From NCBI RefSeq assembly GCF_009914755.1, contig NC_060946.1: a stretch of 64,000 bases of DNA. One strand, 5' to 3'. How positions within the stretch are numbered: position 1 is the first letter of the stretch; each line of letters opens with the position of its first letter. Below are positions 1 to 12,010 of the stretch, piece by piece. Below the pieces are notes generated by a model, which worked only from the letters and a program-made list of their open reading frames with translations, made no database searches and was not told the DNA's origin. The translations under genes and the position numbers were made by a program. Source of the DNA: the human T2T-CHM13v2.0 reference genome, Homo sapiens.

Positions 1-276
1 ATCAAAACTGCTCTGTCAAAAGGAAGGTTCTTCTCTGTTAGGTGAGTGCATACGTCATAAAGGAGTTTCTGAGAATGTTTCTGTCTAGTGGTTATGGGAA
101 GATATTTGCTTTTTCACCGTAGGCCTCAGAGCGCTCCAAATATCCACTTGCACATACTACAAAAAGTGTGCCTCAAAGCTGCTCTCTGAAACGGAATGTT
201 CAACTCTATGAGTTGAATGCAAACATCACAAAGACGTTTCTGAGAATGCTTCTGTCAAAATTTGATATGAAGATAT

Positions 277-293
277 TCCCGTTTCCAACGAAA
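277..293 (-). promoter_or_regulatory. CENP-B box (first of ~187 box positions; one per dimer, 4 per 8-mer and 3 per 6-mer)
   Basis: Plus strand tcccgtttccaacgaaa = minus strand TTTCGTTGGAAACGGGA, matching NTTCGNNNNANNCGGGN. It recurs at 615, 957 (mutated), 1299, 1641 and onward. Confidence 0.97.
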
Positions 294-614
294 TCTTCAA
301 ATCTATCCAAATGTCCACTTGCAGATTCAACAAAAAGTGTTTTTCAGAACTGCTCTATCAAAAGAAAGATCCACCTCTGTTAGCTGAGTTCACACATCAC
401 AAACAAGTTTATGAGAATGCTTCTGTCTAGTTTTTATTTGAAGATATTTTCTTTCTCACCATAGACCTGAAAGCTGTCCTAATGTTCACTTCCAGATACT
501 ACAGAAAGAGTGTTTCAAAACTGCTGTACGAAAGGGAATGTTCAACTCTGTGACTTGAATGCACACATCACAAAGAAGTTTCTGAGGATGCTGCTGTCTA
601 CTTTTTATACGTAA

Positions 615-631
615 TCCCGTTTCCAACGAAA
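615..631 (-). promoter_or_regulatory. CENP-B box in the shortened (338-bp) dimer of the HOR
   Basis: tcccgtttccaacgaaa preceded by the HOR-specific shortened context ctactttttatacgtaa; 338 bp after the previous box. Confidence 0.95.
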
Positions 632-785
632 TCCTCCAATCTATCCAAATATCCACTTGCAGATTCCACAGAAAGACTGTTTCAAATCTGCTCTGTCAAC
701 AGAAAGATTCAACTCTGTTAGCTGCGTGCATATATCCCAAAGAAGATTCTGAGATTGCTTCTGTCTAGTTTTTATGGGAAGATAT

Positions 786-802
786 TTCCCTTTTCACCGT
801 AG
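786..802. promoter_or_regulatory. pJalpha-type (A-box) site of an A monomer (representative; alternates with CENP-B boxes)
   Basis: ttcccttttcaccgtag resembles the pJalpha consensus TTCCTTTTYCACCRTAG and lies 171 bp from the flanking CENP-B box positions. Equivalents are ttgctttttcaccgtag (106), ttcctttctcaccatag and tccctttatcaccatgg. Confidence 0.75.
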
Positions 803-1099
803 GCGTCAAGGCGCTCCAAATGTCCACTTCCAGATACTACAAAAAGAGTGTTTCAAACCTACTCTGTGAAAGGGAATATTCAACTCTGTGACTTGAATGC
901 ACATATGACAAAGAAGTTTCTGAGAATGCTTCTGTCGAGATTTTATATGAAGATATTACCTTTTCCAACGAAATCCTGAAATCTATCCAAATATCCCCTC
1001 GCAGATTCTACAAAAAGAGTGTTTCAAAACTGCTCTGTAAAAAGAAAGGTTCAACTCTGTTAGTTGAGTACACACATCACAAACAAGTTTCACAGAATG

Positions 1100-4000
1100 C
1101 TTCTTTCTAGCTTGTAGGGGAAGATATTCCCTTTATCACCATGGGCCTCAAACCGTCCGAAACGTCCACTTCCATATACTACAAAAAGAGCGTTTCAAAC
1201 CTGCTCTAGGAAAGGCAATGTTCAACTCTGTGACTTGAATGCAGACATCACAGAGCAGTTTCTGAGAATGCTTCTGTCTAGATTTTATAGGAATGTATTC
1301 CCGTTTCCAACGAAATCTTCACAGCTATCCAAATATCCACTTGCAGATTCTACAAAAAGAGTGTATCAAAACTGCTCTGTCAAAAGGAAGGTTCTTCTCT
1401 GTTAGTTGAGTACATACGTCATAAAGGAGTTTCTGAGAATGTTTCTGTCTAGTGGTTATGGGAAGATATTTGCTTTTTCACCTTAGGCCTCAGAGCGCTC
1501 CAAATATCCACTTGCACATACTACAAAAAGAGTGCTTCAAAGCTGCTCTCTGAAAGGGAATGTTCAACTCTATGAGTTGAATGCAAACATCACAAAGACG
1601 TTTCTGACAATGCTTCTGTCTAGATTTGATATGAAGATATTCCCGTTTCCAACGAAATCTTCAAATCTATCCAAATGTCCACTTGCAGATTCAACAAAAA
1701 GTGTTTTTCCGAACTGCTCTATCAAAAGAAAGATCCGCCTCTGTTAGCTGAGTTCACACATCACAAACAAGTTTATGAGAATGCTTCTGTCTAGTTTTTA
1801 TTTGAAGATATTTCCTTTCTCACCATAGACCTGAAAGCTGTCCTAATGTTCACTTCCAGATACTACAGAAAGAGTGTTTCAAAACTGCTGTACGAAAGGG
1901 AATGTTCAACTCTGTGACTTGAATGCACACATCACAAAGAAGTTTCTGAGGATGCTGCTGTCTACTTTTTATACATAATCCCGTTTCCAACGAAATCCTC
2001 CAATCTATCCAAATATCCACTTGCAGATTCCACAGAAAGACTGTTTCAAATCTGCTCTGTCAATAGAAAGATTCAACTCTGTTAGCTGCGTGCATATATC
2101 CCAAAGAAGATTCTGAGATTGCTTCTGTCTAGTTTTTATGGGAAGATATTTCCCTTTTCACCGTAGGCGTCAAGGCGCTCCAAATGTCCACTTCCAGATA
2201 CTACAAAAAGAGTGTTTCAAACCTACTCTGTGAAAGGGAATATTCAACTCTGTGACTTGAATGCACATATCACAAAGAAGTTTCTGAGAATGCTTCTGTC
2301 GAGATTTTATATGAAGATATTCCCGTTTCCAACGGAATCCTGAAATCTATCCAAATATCCCCTCGCAGATTCTACAAAAAGAGTGTTTCAAAACTGCTCT
2401 GTAAAAAGAAAGGTTCAACTCTGTTAGTTGAGTACACACATCACAAACAAGTTTCACAGAATGCTTCTTTCTAGCTTGTAGGGGAAGATATTCCCTTTAT
2501 CACCATGGGCCTCAAACCGTCCGAAACGTCCACTTCCATATACTACAAAAAGAGCGTTTCAAACCTGCTCTAGGAAAGGCAATGTTCAACTCTGTGACTT
2601 GAATGCAGACATCACAGAGCAGTTTCTGAGAATGCTTCTGTCTAGATTTTATAGGAAGATATTCCCGTTTCCAACGAAATCTTCACAGCTATCCAAATAT
2701 CCACTTGCAGATTCTACAAAAAGAGTGTATCAAAACTGCTCTGTCAAAAGGAAGGTTCTTCTCTGTTAGGTGAGTGCATACGTCATAAAGGAGTTTCTGA
2801 GAATGTTTCTGTCTAGTGGTTATGGGAAGATATTTGCTTTTTCACCGTAGGCCTCACAGCGCTCCAAATATCCACTTGCACATACTACAAAAAGAGTGCT
2901 TCAAAGCTGCTCTCTGAAACGGAATGTTCAACTCTATGAGTTGAATGCAAACATCACAAAGAGGTTTCTGAGAATGCTTCTGTCTAGATTTGATATGAAG
3001 ATATTCCCGTTTCCAACGAAATCTTCAAATCTATCCAAATGTCCACTTGCAGATTCAACAAAAAGTGTTTTTCCGAACTGCTCTATCAAAAGAAAGATCC
3101 ATCTCTGTTAGCTGAGTTCACACATCACAAACAAGTTTATGAGAATGCTTCTGTCTAGTTTTTATTTGAAGATATTTCCTTTCTCACCATAGACCTGAAA
3201 GCTGTCCTAATGTTCACTTCCAGATACTACAGAAAGAGTGTTTCAAAACTGCTGTACGAAAGGGAATGTTCAACTCTGTGACTTTAATGCACACATCACA
3301 AAGAAGTTTCTGAGGATGCTGCTGTCTACTTTTCATACGTAATCCCGTTTCCAACGAAATCCTCCAATCTATCCAAATATCCACTTGCAGATTCCACAGA
3401 AAGACTGTTTCAAATCTGCTCTGTCAACAGAAAGATTCAACTCTGTTAGCTGCGTGCATATATCCCAAAGAAGATTCTGAGATTGCTTCTGTCTAGTTTT
3501 TATGGGAAGATATTTCCCTTTTCACCGTAGGCGTCAAGGCGCTCCAAATGTCCACTTCCAGATACTACAAAAAGAGTGTTTCAAACCTACTCTGTGAAAG
3601 GGAATATTCAACTCTGTGACTTGAATGCACATATCACAAAGAAGTTTCTGAGAATGCTTCTGTCGAGATTTTATATGAAGATATTCCCGTTTCCAACGAA
3701 ATCCTGAAATCTCTCCAAATATCCCCTCGCAGATTCTACAAAAAGAGTGTTTCAAAACTGCTCTGTAAAAAGAAAGGTTCAACTCTGTTAGTTGAGTACA
3801 CACATCACAAACAAGTTTCACAGAATGCTTCTTTCTAGCTTGTAGGGGAAGATATTCCCTTTATCACCATGGGCCTCAAACCGTCCGAAACGTCCACTTC
3901 CATATACTACAAAAAGAGCGTTTCTAACCTGCTCTAGGAAAGGCAATGTTCAACTCTGTGACTTGAATGCAGACATCACAGAGCAGTTTCTGAGAATGCT

Positions 4001-7000
4001 TCTGTCTAGATTTTATAGGAAGATATTCCCGTTTCCAACGAAATCTTCACAGCTATCCCAATATCCACTTGCAGATTCTACAAAAAGAGTGTATCAAAAC
4101 TGCTCTGTCAAAAGGAAGGTTCTTCTCTGTTAGGTGAGTGCATACGTCATAAAGGAGTTTCTGAGAATGTTTCTGTCTAGTGGTTATGGGAAGATATTTG
4201 CTTTTTCACCGTAGGCCTCAGAGCGCTCCAAATATCCACTTGCACATACTACAAAAAGAGTGCCTCAAAGCTGCTCTCTGAAACGGAATGTTCAACTCTA
4301 TGAGTTGAATGCAAACATCGCAAAGACATTTCTGAGAATGCTTCTGTCTAGATTTGATATGAAGATATTCCCGTTTCCAAAGAAATCTTCAAATCTATCC
4401 AAATGTCCACTTGCAGATTCAACAAAAAGTGTTTTTCAGAACTGTTCTATCAAAAGAAAGATCCACCTCTGTTAGCTGAGTTCACACATCACAAACAAGT
4501 TTATGAGAATGCTTCTGTCTAGTTTTTATTTGAAGATATTTCCTTTCTCACCATAGAGCTGAAAGCTGTCCTAATGTTCACTTCCAGATACTACAGAAAG
4601 AGTGTTTCAAAACTGCTGTACGAAAGGGAATGTTCAACTCTGTGACTTGAATGCACACATCACAAAGAAGTTTCTGAGGATGCTGCTGTCTACTTTTTAT
4701 ACGTAATCCCGTTTCCAACGAAATCCTCCAAGCTATCCAAATATCCACTTGCAGATTCCACAGAAAGACTGTTTCAAAACTGCTCTGTCAATAAAAAGGT
4801 TCAACTCTGTTAGCTGCGTGCATATATCCCAAAGAAGATTCTGAGATTGCTTCTGTCTAGTTTTTATGTGAAGATATTTCCCTTTTCACCGTAGGCGTCA
4901 AGGCGCTCCAAATGTCCACTTCCAGATACTACAAAAAGAGTGTTTCAAACCTACTCTGTGAAAGGGAATATTCAACTCTGTGACTTGAATGCACATATCA
5001 CAAAGAAGTTTCTGAGAATGCTTCTGTCGAGATTTTATATGAAGATATTCCCGTTTCCAACGAAATCCTGAAATCTATCCAAATATCCCCTCGCAGATTC
5101 TACAAAAAGAGTGGTTCAAAACTGCTCTGTAAAACGAAAGGTTCAACTCTGTTAGTTGAGTACACACATCACAAACAAGTTTCACAGAATGCTTCTTTCT
5201 AGCTTGTAGGGGAAGATATTCCCTTTATCACCATGAGCCTCAAACCGTCCGAAACGTCCACTTCCATATACTACAAAAAGAGCGTTTCAAACCTGCTCTA
5301 GGAAAGGCAATGTTCAACTCTGTGACTTGAATGCAGACATCACAGAGCAGTTTCTGAGAATGCTTCTGTCTAGATTTTATAGGAAGATATTCCCGTTCCA
5401 ACGAAATCTTCACAGCTATCCCAATATCCACTTGCAGATTCTACAAAAAGAGTGTATCAAAACTGCTCTGTCAAAAGGAAGGTTCTTCTCTGTTAGGTGA
5501 GTGCATACGTCATAAAGGAGTTTCTGAGAATGTTTCTGTCTAGTGGTTATGGGAAGATATTTGCTTTTTCACCGAAGGCCTCAGAGCGCTCCAAATATCC
5601 ACTTGCACATACTACAAAAAGAGTGCCTCAAAGCTGCTCTCTGAAACGGAATGTTCAACTCTATGAGTTGAATGCAAACATCACAAAGACGTTTCCGAGA
5701 ATGCTTCTGTCTAGATTTGATATGAAGATATTCCCGTTTCCAACGAAATCTTCAAATCTATCCAAATGTCCACTTGCAGATTCAACAAAAAGTGTTTTTC
5801 AGAACTGCTCTATCAAAAGAAAGATCCATCTCTGTTAGCTGAGTTCACACAACACAAACAAGTTTATGAGAATGCTTCTGTCTAGTTTTTATTTGAAGAT
5901 ATTTCCTTTCTCACCATAGAGCTGAAAGCTGTCCTAATGTTCACTTCCAGATACTACAGAAAGAGTGTTTCAAAACTGCTGTACGAAAGGGAATGTTCAA
6001 CTCTGTGACTTGAATGCACACATCACAAAGAAGTTTCTGAGGATGCTGCTGTCTACTTTTTATACGTAATCCCGTTTCCAACGAAATCCTCCAAGCTATC
6101 CAAATATCCACTTGCAGATTCCACAGAAAGACTGTTTCAAAACTGCTCTGTCAATAGAAAGGTTCAACTCTGTTAACTGCGTGCATATATCCCAAAAAAG
6201 ATTCTGAGATTGCTTCTGTCTAGTTTTTATGGGAAGATATTTCCCTTTTCACCGTAGGCGTCAAGGCGCTCCAAATGTCCACTTCCAGATACTACAAAAA
6301 GAGTGTTTCAAACCTACTCTGTGAAAGGGAATATTCAACTCTGTGACTTGAATGCACATATCACAAAGAAGTTTCTGAGAATGCTTCTGTCGAGATTTTG
6401 TATGAAGATATTCCCGTTTCCAACGAAATCCTGAAATCTATCCAAATATCCCCTCGCAGATTCTACAAAAAGAGTGTTTCAAAACTGCTCTGTAAAAAGA
6501 AAGGTTCAACTCTGTTACTTGAGTACACACATCACAAACAAGTTTCACAGAATGCTTCTTTCTAGCTTGTAGGGGAAGATATTCCCTTTATCACCATGGG
6601 CCTCAAACCGTCCGAAACGTCCACTTCCATATACTACAAAAAGAGCGTTTCAAACCTGCTCTAGGAAAGGCAATGTTCAACTCTGTGACTTGAATGCAGA
6701 CATCACAGAGCAGTTTCTGAGAATGCTTCTGTCTAGATTTTATAGGAATGTATTCCCGTTTCCAACGAAATCTTCACAGCTATCCAAATATCCACTTGCA
6801 GATTCTACAAAAAGAGTGTATCAAAACTGCTCTGTCAAAAGGAAGGTTCTTCTCTGTTAGTTGAGTACATACGTCATAAAGGAGTTTCTGAGAATGTTTC
6901 TGTCTAGTGGTTATGGGAAGATATTTGCTTTTTCACCTTAGGCCTCAGAGCGCTCCAAATATCCACTTGCACATACTACAAAAAGAGTGCTTCAAAGCTG

Positions 7001-10000
7001 CTCTCTGAAAGGGAATGTTCAACTCTATGAGTTGAATGCAAACATCACAAAGACGTTTCTGACAATGCTTCTGTCTAGATTTGATATGAAGATATTCCCG
7101 TTTCCAACGAAATCTTCAAATCTATCCAAATGTCCACTTGCAGATTCAACAAAAAGTGTTTTTCCGAACTGCTCTATCAAAAGAAAGATCCGCCTCTGTT
7201 AGCTGAGTTCACACATCACAAACAAGTTTATGAGAATGCTTCTGTCTAGTTTTTATTTGAAGATATTTCCTTTCTCACCATAGACCTGAAAGCTGTCCTA
7301 ATGTTCACTTCCAGATACTACAGAAAGAGTGTTTCAAAACTGCTGTACGAAAGGGAATGTTCAACTCTGTGACTTGAATGCACACATCACAAAGAAGTTT
7401 CTGAGGATGCTGCTGTCTACTTTTTATACATAATCCCGTTTCCAACGAAATCCTCCAATCTATCCAAATATCCACTTGCAGATTCCACAGAAAGACTGTT
7501 TCAAATCTGCTCTGTCAATAGAAAGATTCAACTCTGTTAGCTGCGTGCATATATCCCAAAGAAGATTCTGAGATTGCTTCTGTCTAGTTTTTATGGGAAG
7601 ATATTTCCCTTTTCACCGTAGGCGTCAAGGCGCTCCAAATGTCCACTTCCAGATACTACAAAAAGAGTGTTTCAAACCTACTCTGTGAAAGGGAATATTC
7701 AACTCTGTGACTTGAATGCACATATCACAAAGAAGTTTCTGAGAATGCTTCTGTCGAGATTTTATATGAAGATATTCCCGTTTCCAACGGAATCCTGAAA
7801 TCTATCCAAATATCCCCTCGCAGATTCTACAAAAAGAGTGTTTCAAAACTGCTCTGTAAAAAGAAAGGTTCAACTCTGTTAGTTGAGTACACACATCACA
7901 AACAAGTTTCACAGAATGCTTCTTTCTAGCTTGTAGGGGAAGATATTCCCTTTATCACCATGGGCCTCAAACCGTCCGAAACGTCCACTTCCATATACTA
8001 CAAAAAGAGCGTTTCAAACCTGCTCTAGGAAAGGCAATGTTCAACTCTGTGACTTGAATGCAGACATCACAGAGCAGTTTCTGAGAATGCTTCTGTCTAG
8101 ATTTTATAGGAAGATATTCCCGTTTCCAACGAAATCTTCACAGCTATCCAAATATCCACTTGCAGATTCTACAAAAAGAGTGTATCAAAACTGCTCTGTC
8201 AAAAGGAAGGTTCTTCTCTGTTAGGTGAGTGCATACGTCATAAAGGAGTTTCTGAGAATGTTTCTGTCTAGTGGTTATGGGAAGATATTTGCTTTTTCAC
8301 CGTAGGCCTCACAGCGCTCCAAATATCCACTTGCACATACTACAAAAAGAGTGCTTCAAAGCTGCTCTCTGAAACGGAATGTTCAACTCTATGAGTTGAA
8401 TGCAAACATCACAAAGAGGTTTCTGAGAATGCTTCTGTCTAGATTTGATATGAAGATATTCCCGTTTCCAACGAAATCTTCAAATCTATCCAAATGTCCA
8501 CTTGCAGATTCAACAAAAAGTGTTTTTCCGAACTGCTCTATCAAAAGAAAGATCCATCTCTGTTAGCTGAGTTCACACATCACAAACAAGTTTATGAGAA
8601 TGCTTCTGTCTAGTTTTTATTTGAAGATATTTCCTTTCTCACCATAGACCTGAAAGCTGTCCTAATGTTCACTTCCAGATACTACAGAAAGAGTGTTTCA
8701 AAACTGCTGTACGAAAGGGAATGTTCAACTCTGTGACTTGAATGCACACATCACAAAGAAGTTTCTGAGGATGCTGCTGTCTACTTTTCATACGTAATCC
8801 CGTTTCCAACGAAATCCTCCAATCTATCCAAATATCCACTTGCAGATTCCACAGAAAGACTGTTTCAAATCTGCTCTGTCAACAGAAAGATTCAACTCTG
8901 TTAGCTGCGTGCATATATCCCAAAGAAGATTCTGAGATTGCTTCTGTCTAGTTTTTATGGGAAGATATTTCCCTTTTCACCGTAGGCGTCAAGGCGCTCC
9001 AAATGTCCACTTCCAGATACTACAAAAAGAGTGTTTCAAACCTACTCTGTGAAAGGGAATATTCAACTCTGTGACTTGAATGCACATATCACAAAGAAGT
9101 TTCTGAGAATGCTTCTGTCGAGATTTTATATGAAGATATTCCCGTTTCCAACGAAATCCTGAAATCTATCCAAATATCCCCTCGCAGATTCTACAAAAAG
9201 AGTGTTTCAAAACTGCTCTGTAAAAAGAAAGGTTCAACTCTGTTAGTTGAGTACACACATCACAAACAAGTTTCACAGAATGCTTCTTTCTAGCTTGTAG
9301 GGGAAGATATTCCCTTTATCACCATGGGCCTCAAACCGTCCGAAACGTCCACTTCCATATACTACAAAAAGAGCGTTTCAAACCTGCTCTAGGAAAGGCA
9401 ATGTTCAACTCTGTGACTTGAATGCAGACATCACAGAGCAGTTTCTGAGAATGCTTCTGTCTAGATTTTATAGGAAGATATTCCCGTTTCCAACGAAATC
9501 TTCACAGCTATCCCAATATCCACTTGCAGATTCTACAAAAAGAGTGTATCAAAACTGCTCTGTCAAAAGGAAGGTTCTTCTCTGTTAGGTGAGTGCATAC
9601 GTCATAAAGGAGTTTCTGAGAATGTTTCTGTCTAGTGGTTATGGGAAGATATTTGCTTTTTCACCGTAGGCCTCAGAGCGCTCCAAATATCCACTTGCAC
9701 ATACTACAAAAAGAGTGCCTCAAAGCTGCTCTCTGAAACGGAATGTTCAACTCTATGAGTTGAATGCAAACATCGCAAAGACGTTTCTGAGAATGCTTCT
9801 GTCTAGATTTGATATGAAGATATTCCCGTTTCCAAAGAAATCTTCAAATCTATCCAAATGTCCACTTGCAGATTCAACAAAAAGTGTTTTTCAGAACTGT
9901 TCTATCAAAAGAAAGATCCACCTCTGTTAGCTGAGTTCACACATCACAAACAAGTTTATGAGAATGCTTCTGTCTAGTTTTTATTTGAAGATATTTCCTT

Positions 10001-12010
10001 TCTCACCATAGAGCTGAAAGCTGTCCTAATGTTCACTTCCAGATACTACAGAAAGAGTGTTTCAAAACTGCTGTACGAAAGGGAATGTTCAACTCTGTGA
10101 CTTGAATGCACACATCACAAAGAAGTTTCTGAGGATGCTGCTGTCTACTTTTTATACGTAATCCCGTTTCCAACGAAATCCTCCAAGCTATCCAAATATC
10201 CACTTGCAGATTCCACAGAAAGACTGTTTCAAAACTGCTCTGTCAATAAAAAGGTTCAACTCTGTTAGCTGCGTGCATATATCCCAAAGAAGATTCTGAG
10301 ATTGCTTCTGTCTAGTTTTTATGTGAAGATATTTCCCTTTTCACCGTAGGCGTCAAGGCGCTCCAAATGTCCACTTCCAGATACTATAAAAAGAGTGTTT
10401 CAAACCTACTCTGTGAAAGGGAATATTCAACTCTATGACTTGAATGCACATATCACAAAGAAGTTTCTGAGAATGCTTCTGTCGAGATTTTATATGAAGA
10501 TATTCCCGTTTCCAACGAAATCCTGAAATCTATCCAAATATCCCCTCGCAGATTCTACAAAAAGAGTGGTTCAAAACTGCTCTGTAAAACGAAACGTTCA
10601 ACTCTGTTAGTTGAGTACACACATCACAAACAAGTTTCACAGAATGCTTCTTTCTAGCTTGTAGGGGAAGATATTCCCTTTATCACCATGGGCCTCAAAC
10701 CGTCCGAAACGTCCACTTCCATATACTACAAAAAGAGCGTTTCAAACCTGCTCTAGGAAAGGCAATGTTCAACTCTGTGACTTGAATGCAGACATCACAG
10801 AGCAGTTTCTGAGAATGCTTCTGTCTAGATTTTATAGGAAGATATTCCCGTTCCAACGAAATCTTCACAGCTATCCCAATATCCACTTGCAGATTCTACA
10901 AAAAGAGTGTATCAAAACTGCTCTGTCAAAAGGAAGGTTCTTCTCTGTTAGGTGAGTGCATACGTCATAAAGGAGTTTCTGAGAATGTTTCTGTCTAGTG
11001 GTTATGGGAAGATATTTGCTTTTTCACCGAAGGCCTCAGAGCGCTCCAAATATCCACTTGCACATACTACAAAAAGAGTGCCTCAAAGCTGCTCTCTGAA
11101 ACGGAATGTTCAACTCTATGAGTTGAATGCAAACATCACAAAGACGTTTCCGAGAATGCTTCTGTCTAGATTTGATATGAAGATATTCCCGTTTCCAACG
11201 AAATCTTCAAATCTATCCAAATGTCCACTTGCAGATTCAACAAAAAGTGTTTTTCAGAACTGTTCTATCAAAAGAAAGATCCATCTCTGTTAGCTGAGTT
11301 CACACAACACAAACAAGTTTATGAGAATGCTTCTGTCTAGTTTTTATTTGAAGATATTTCCTTTCTCACCATAGAGCTGAAAGCTGTCCTAATGTTCACT
11401 TCCAGATACTACAGAAAGAGTGTTTCAAAACTGCTGTACGAAAGGGAATGTTCAACTCTGTGACTTGAATGCACACATCACAAAGAAGTTTCTGAGGATG
11501 CTGCTGTCTACTTTTTATACGTAATCCCGTTTCCAACGAAATCCTCCAAGCTATCCAAATATCCACTTGCAGATTCCACAGAAAGACTGTTTCAAAACTG
11601 CTCTGTCAATAGAAAGGTTCAACTCTGTTAACTGCGTGCATATATCCCAAAAAAGATTCTGAGATTGCTTCTGTCTAGTTTTTATGGGAAGATATTTCCC
11701 TTTTCACCGTAGGCGTCAAGGCGCTCCAAATGTCCACTTCCAGATACTACAAAAAGAGTGTTTCAAACCTACTCTGTGAAAGGGAATATTCAACTCTGTG
11801 ACTTGAATGCACATATCACAAAGAAGTTTCTGAGAATGCTTCTGTCGAGATTTTGTATGAAGATATTCCCGTTTCCAACGAAATCCTGAAATCTATCCAA
11901 ATATCCCCTCGCAGATTCTACAAAAAGAGTGTTTCAAAACTGCTCTGTAAAAAGAAAGGTTCAACTCTGTTACTTGAGTACACACATCACAAACAAGTTT
12001 CACAGAATGC
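1100..12010. repeat. Tandem duplication of a 4-HOR block, period 5455 bp (boundaries +/- ~50 bp)
   Basis: Rare variants recur exactly 5455 bp apart: ggaatgtattc 1291/6746, aacggaa 2321/7776, ccaaagaaa 4369/9824, and a 1-bp CENP-B box deletion 5391/10846. ORF-track variants also pair (1532/6987, 2896/8351, 4260/9715, 5497/10952). Confidence 0.92.
1299..1315 (-). promoter_or_regulatory. CENP-B box
   Basis: Intact tcccgtttccaacgaaa. Confidence 0.95.
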
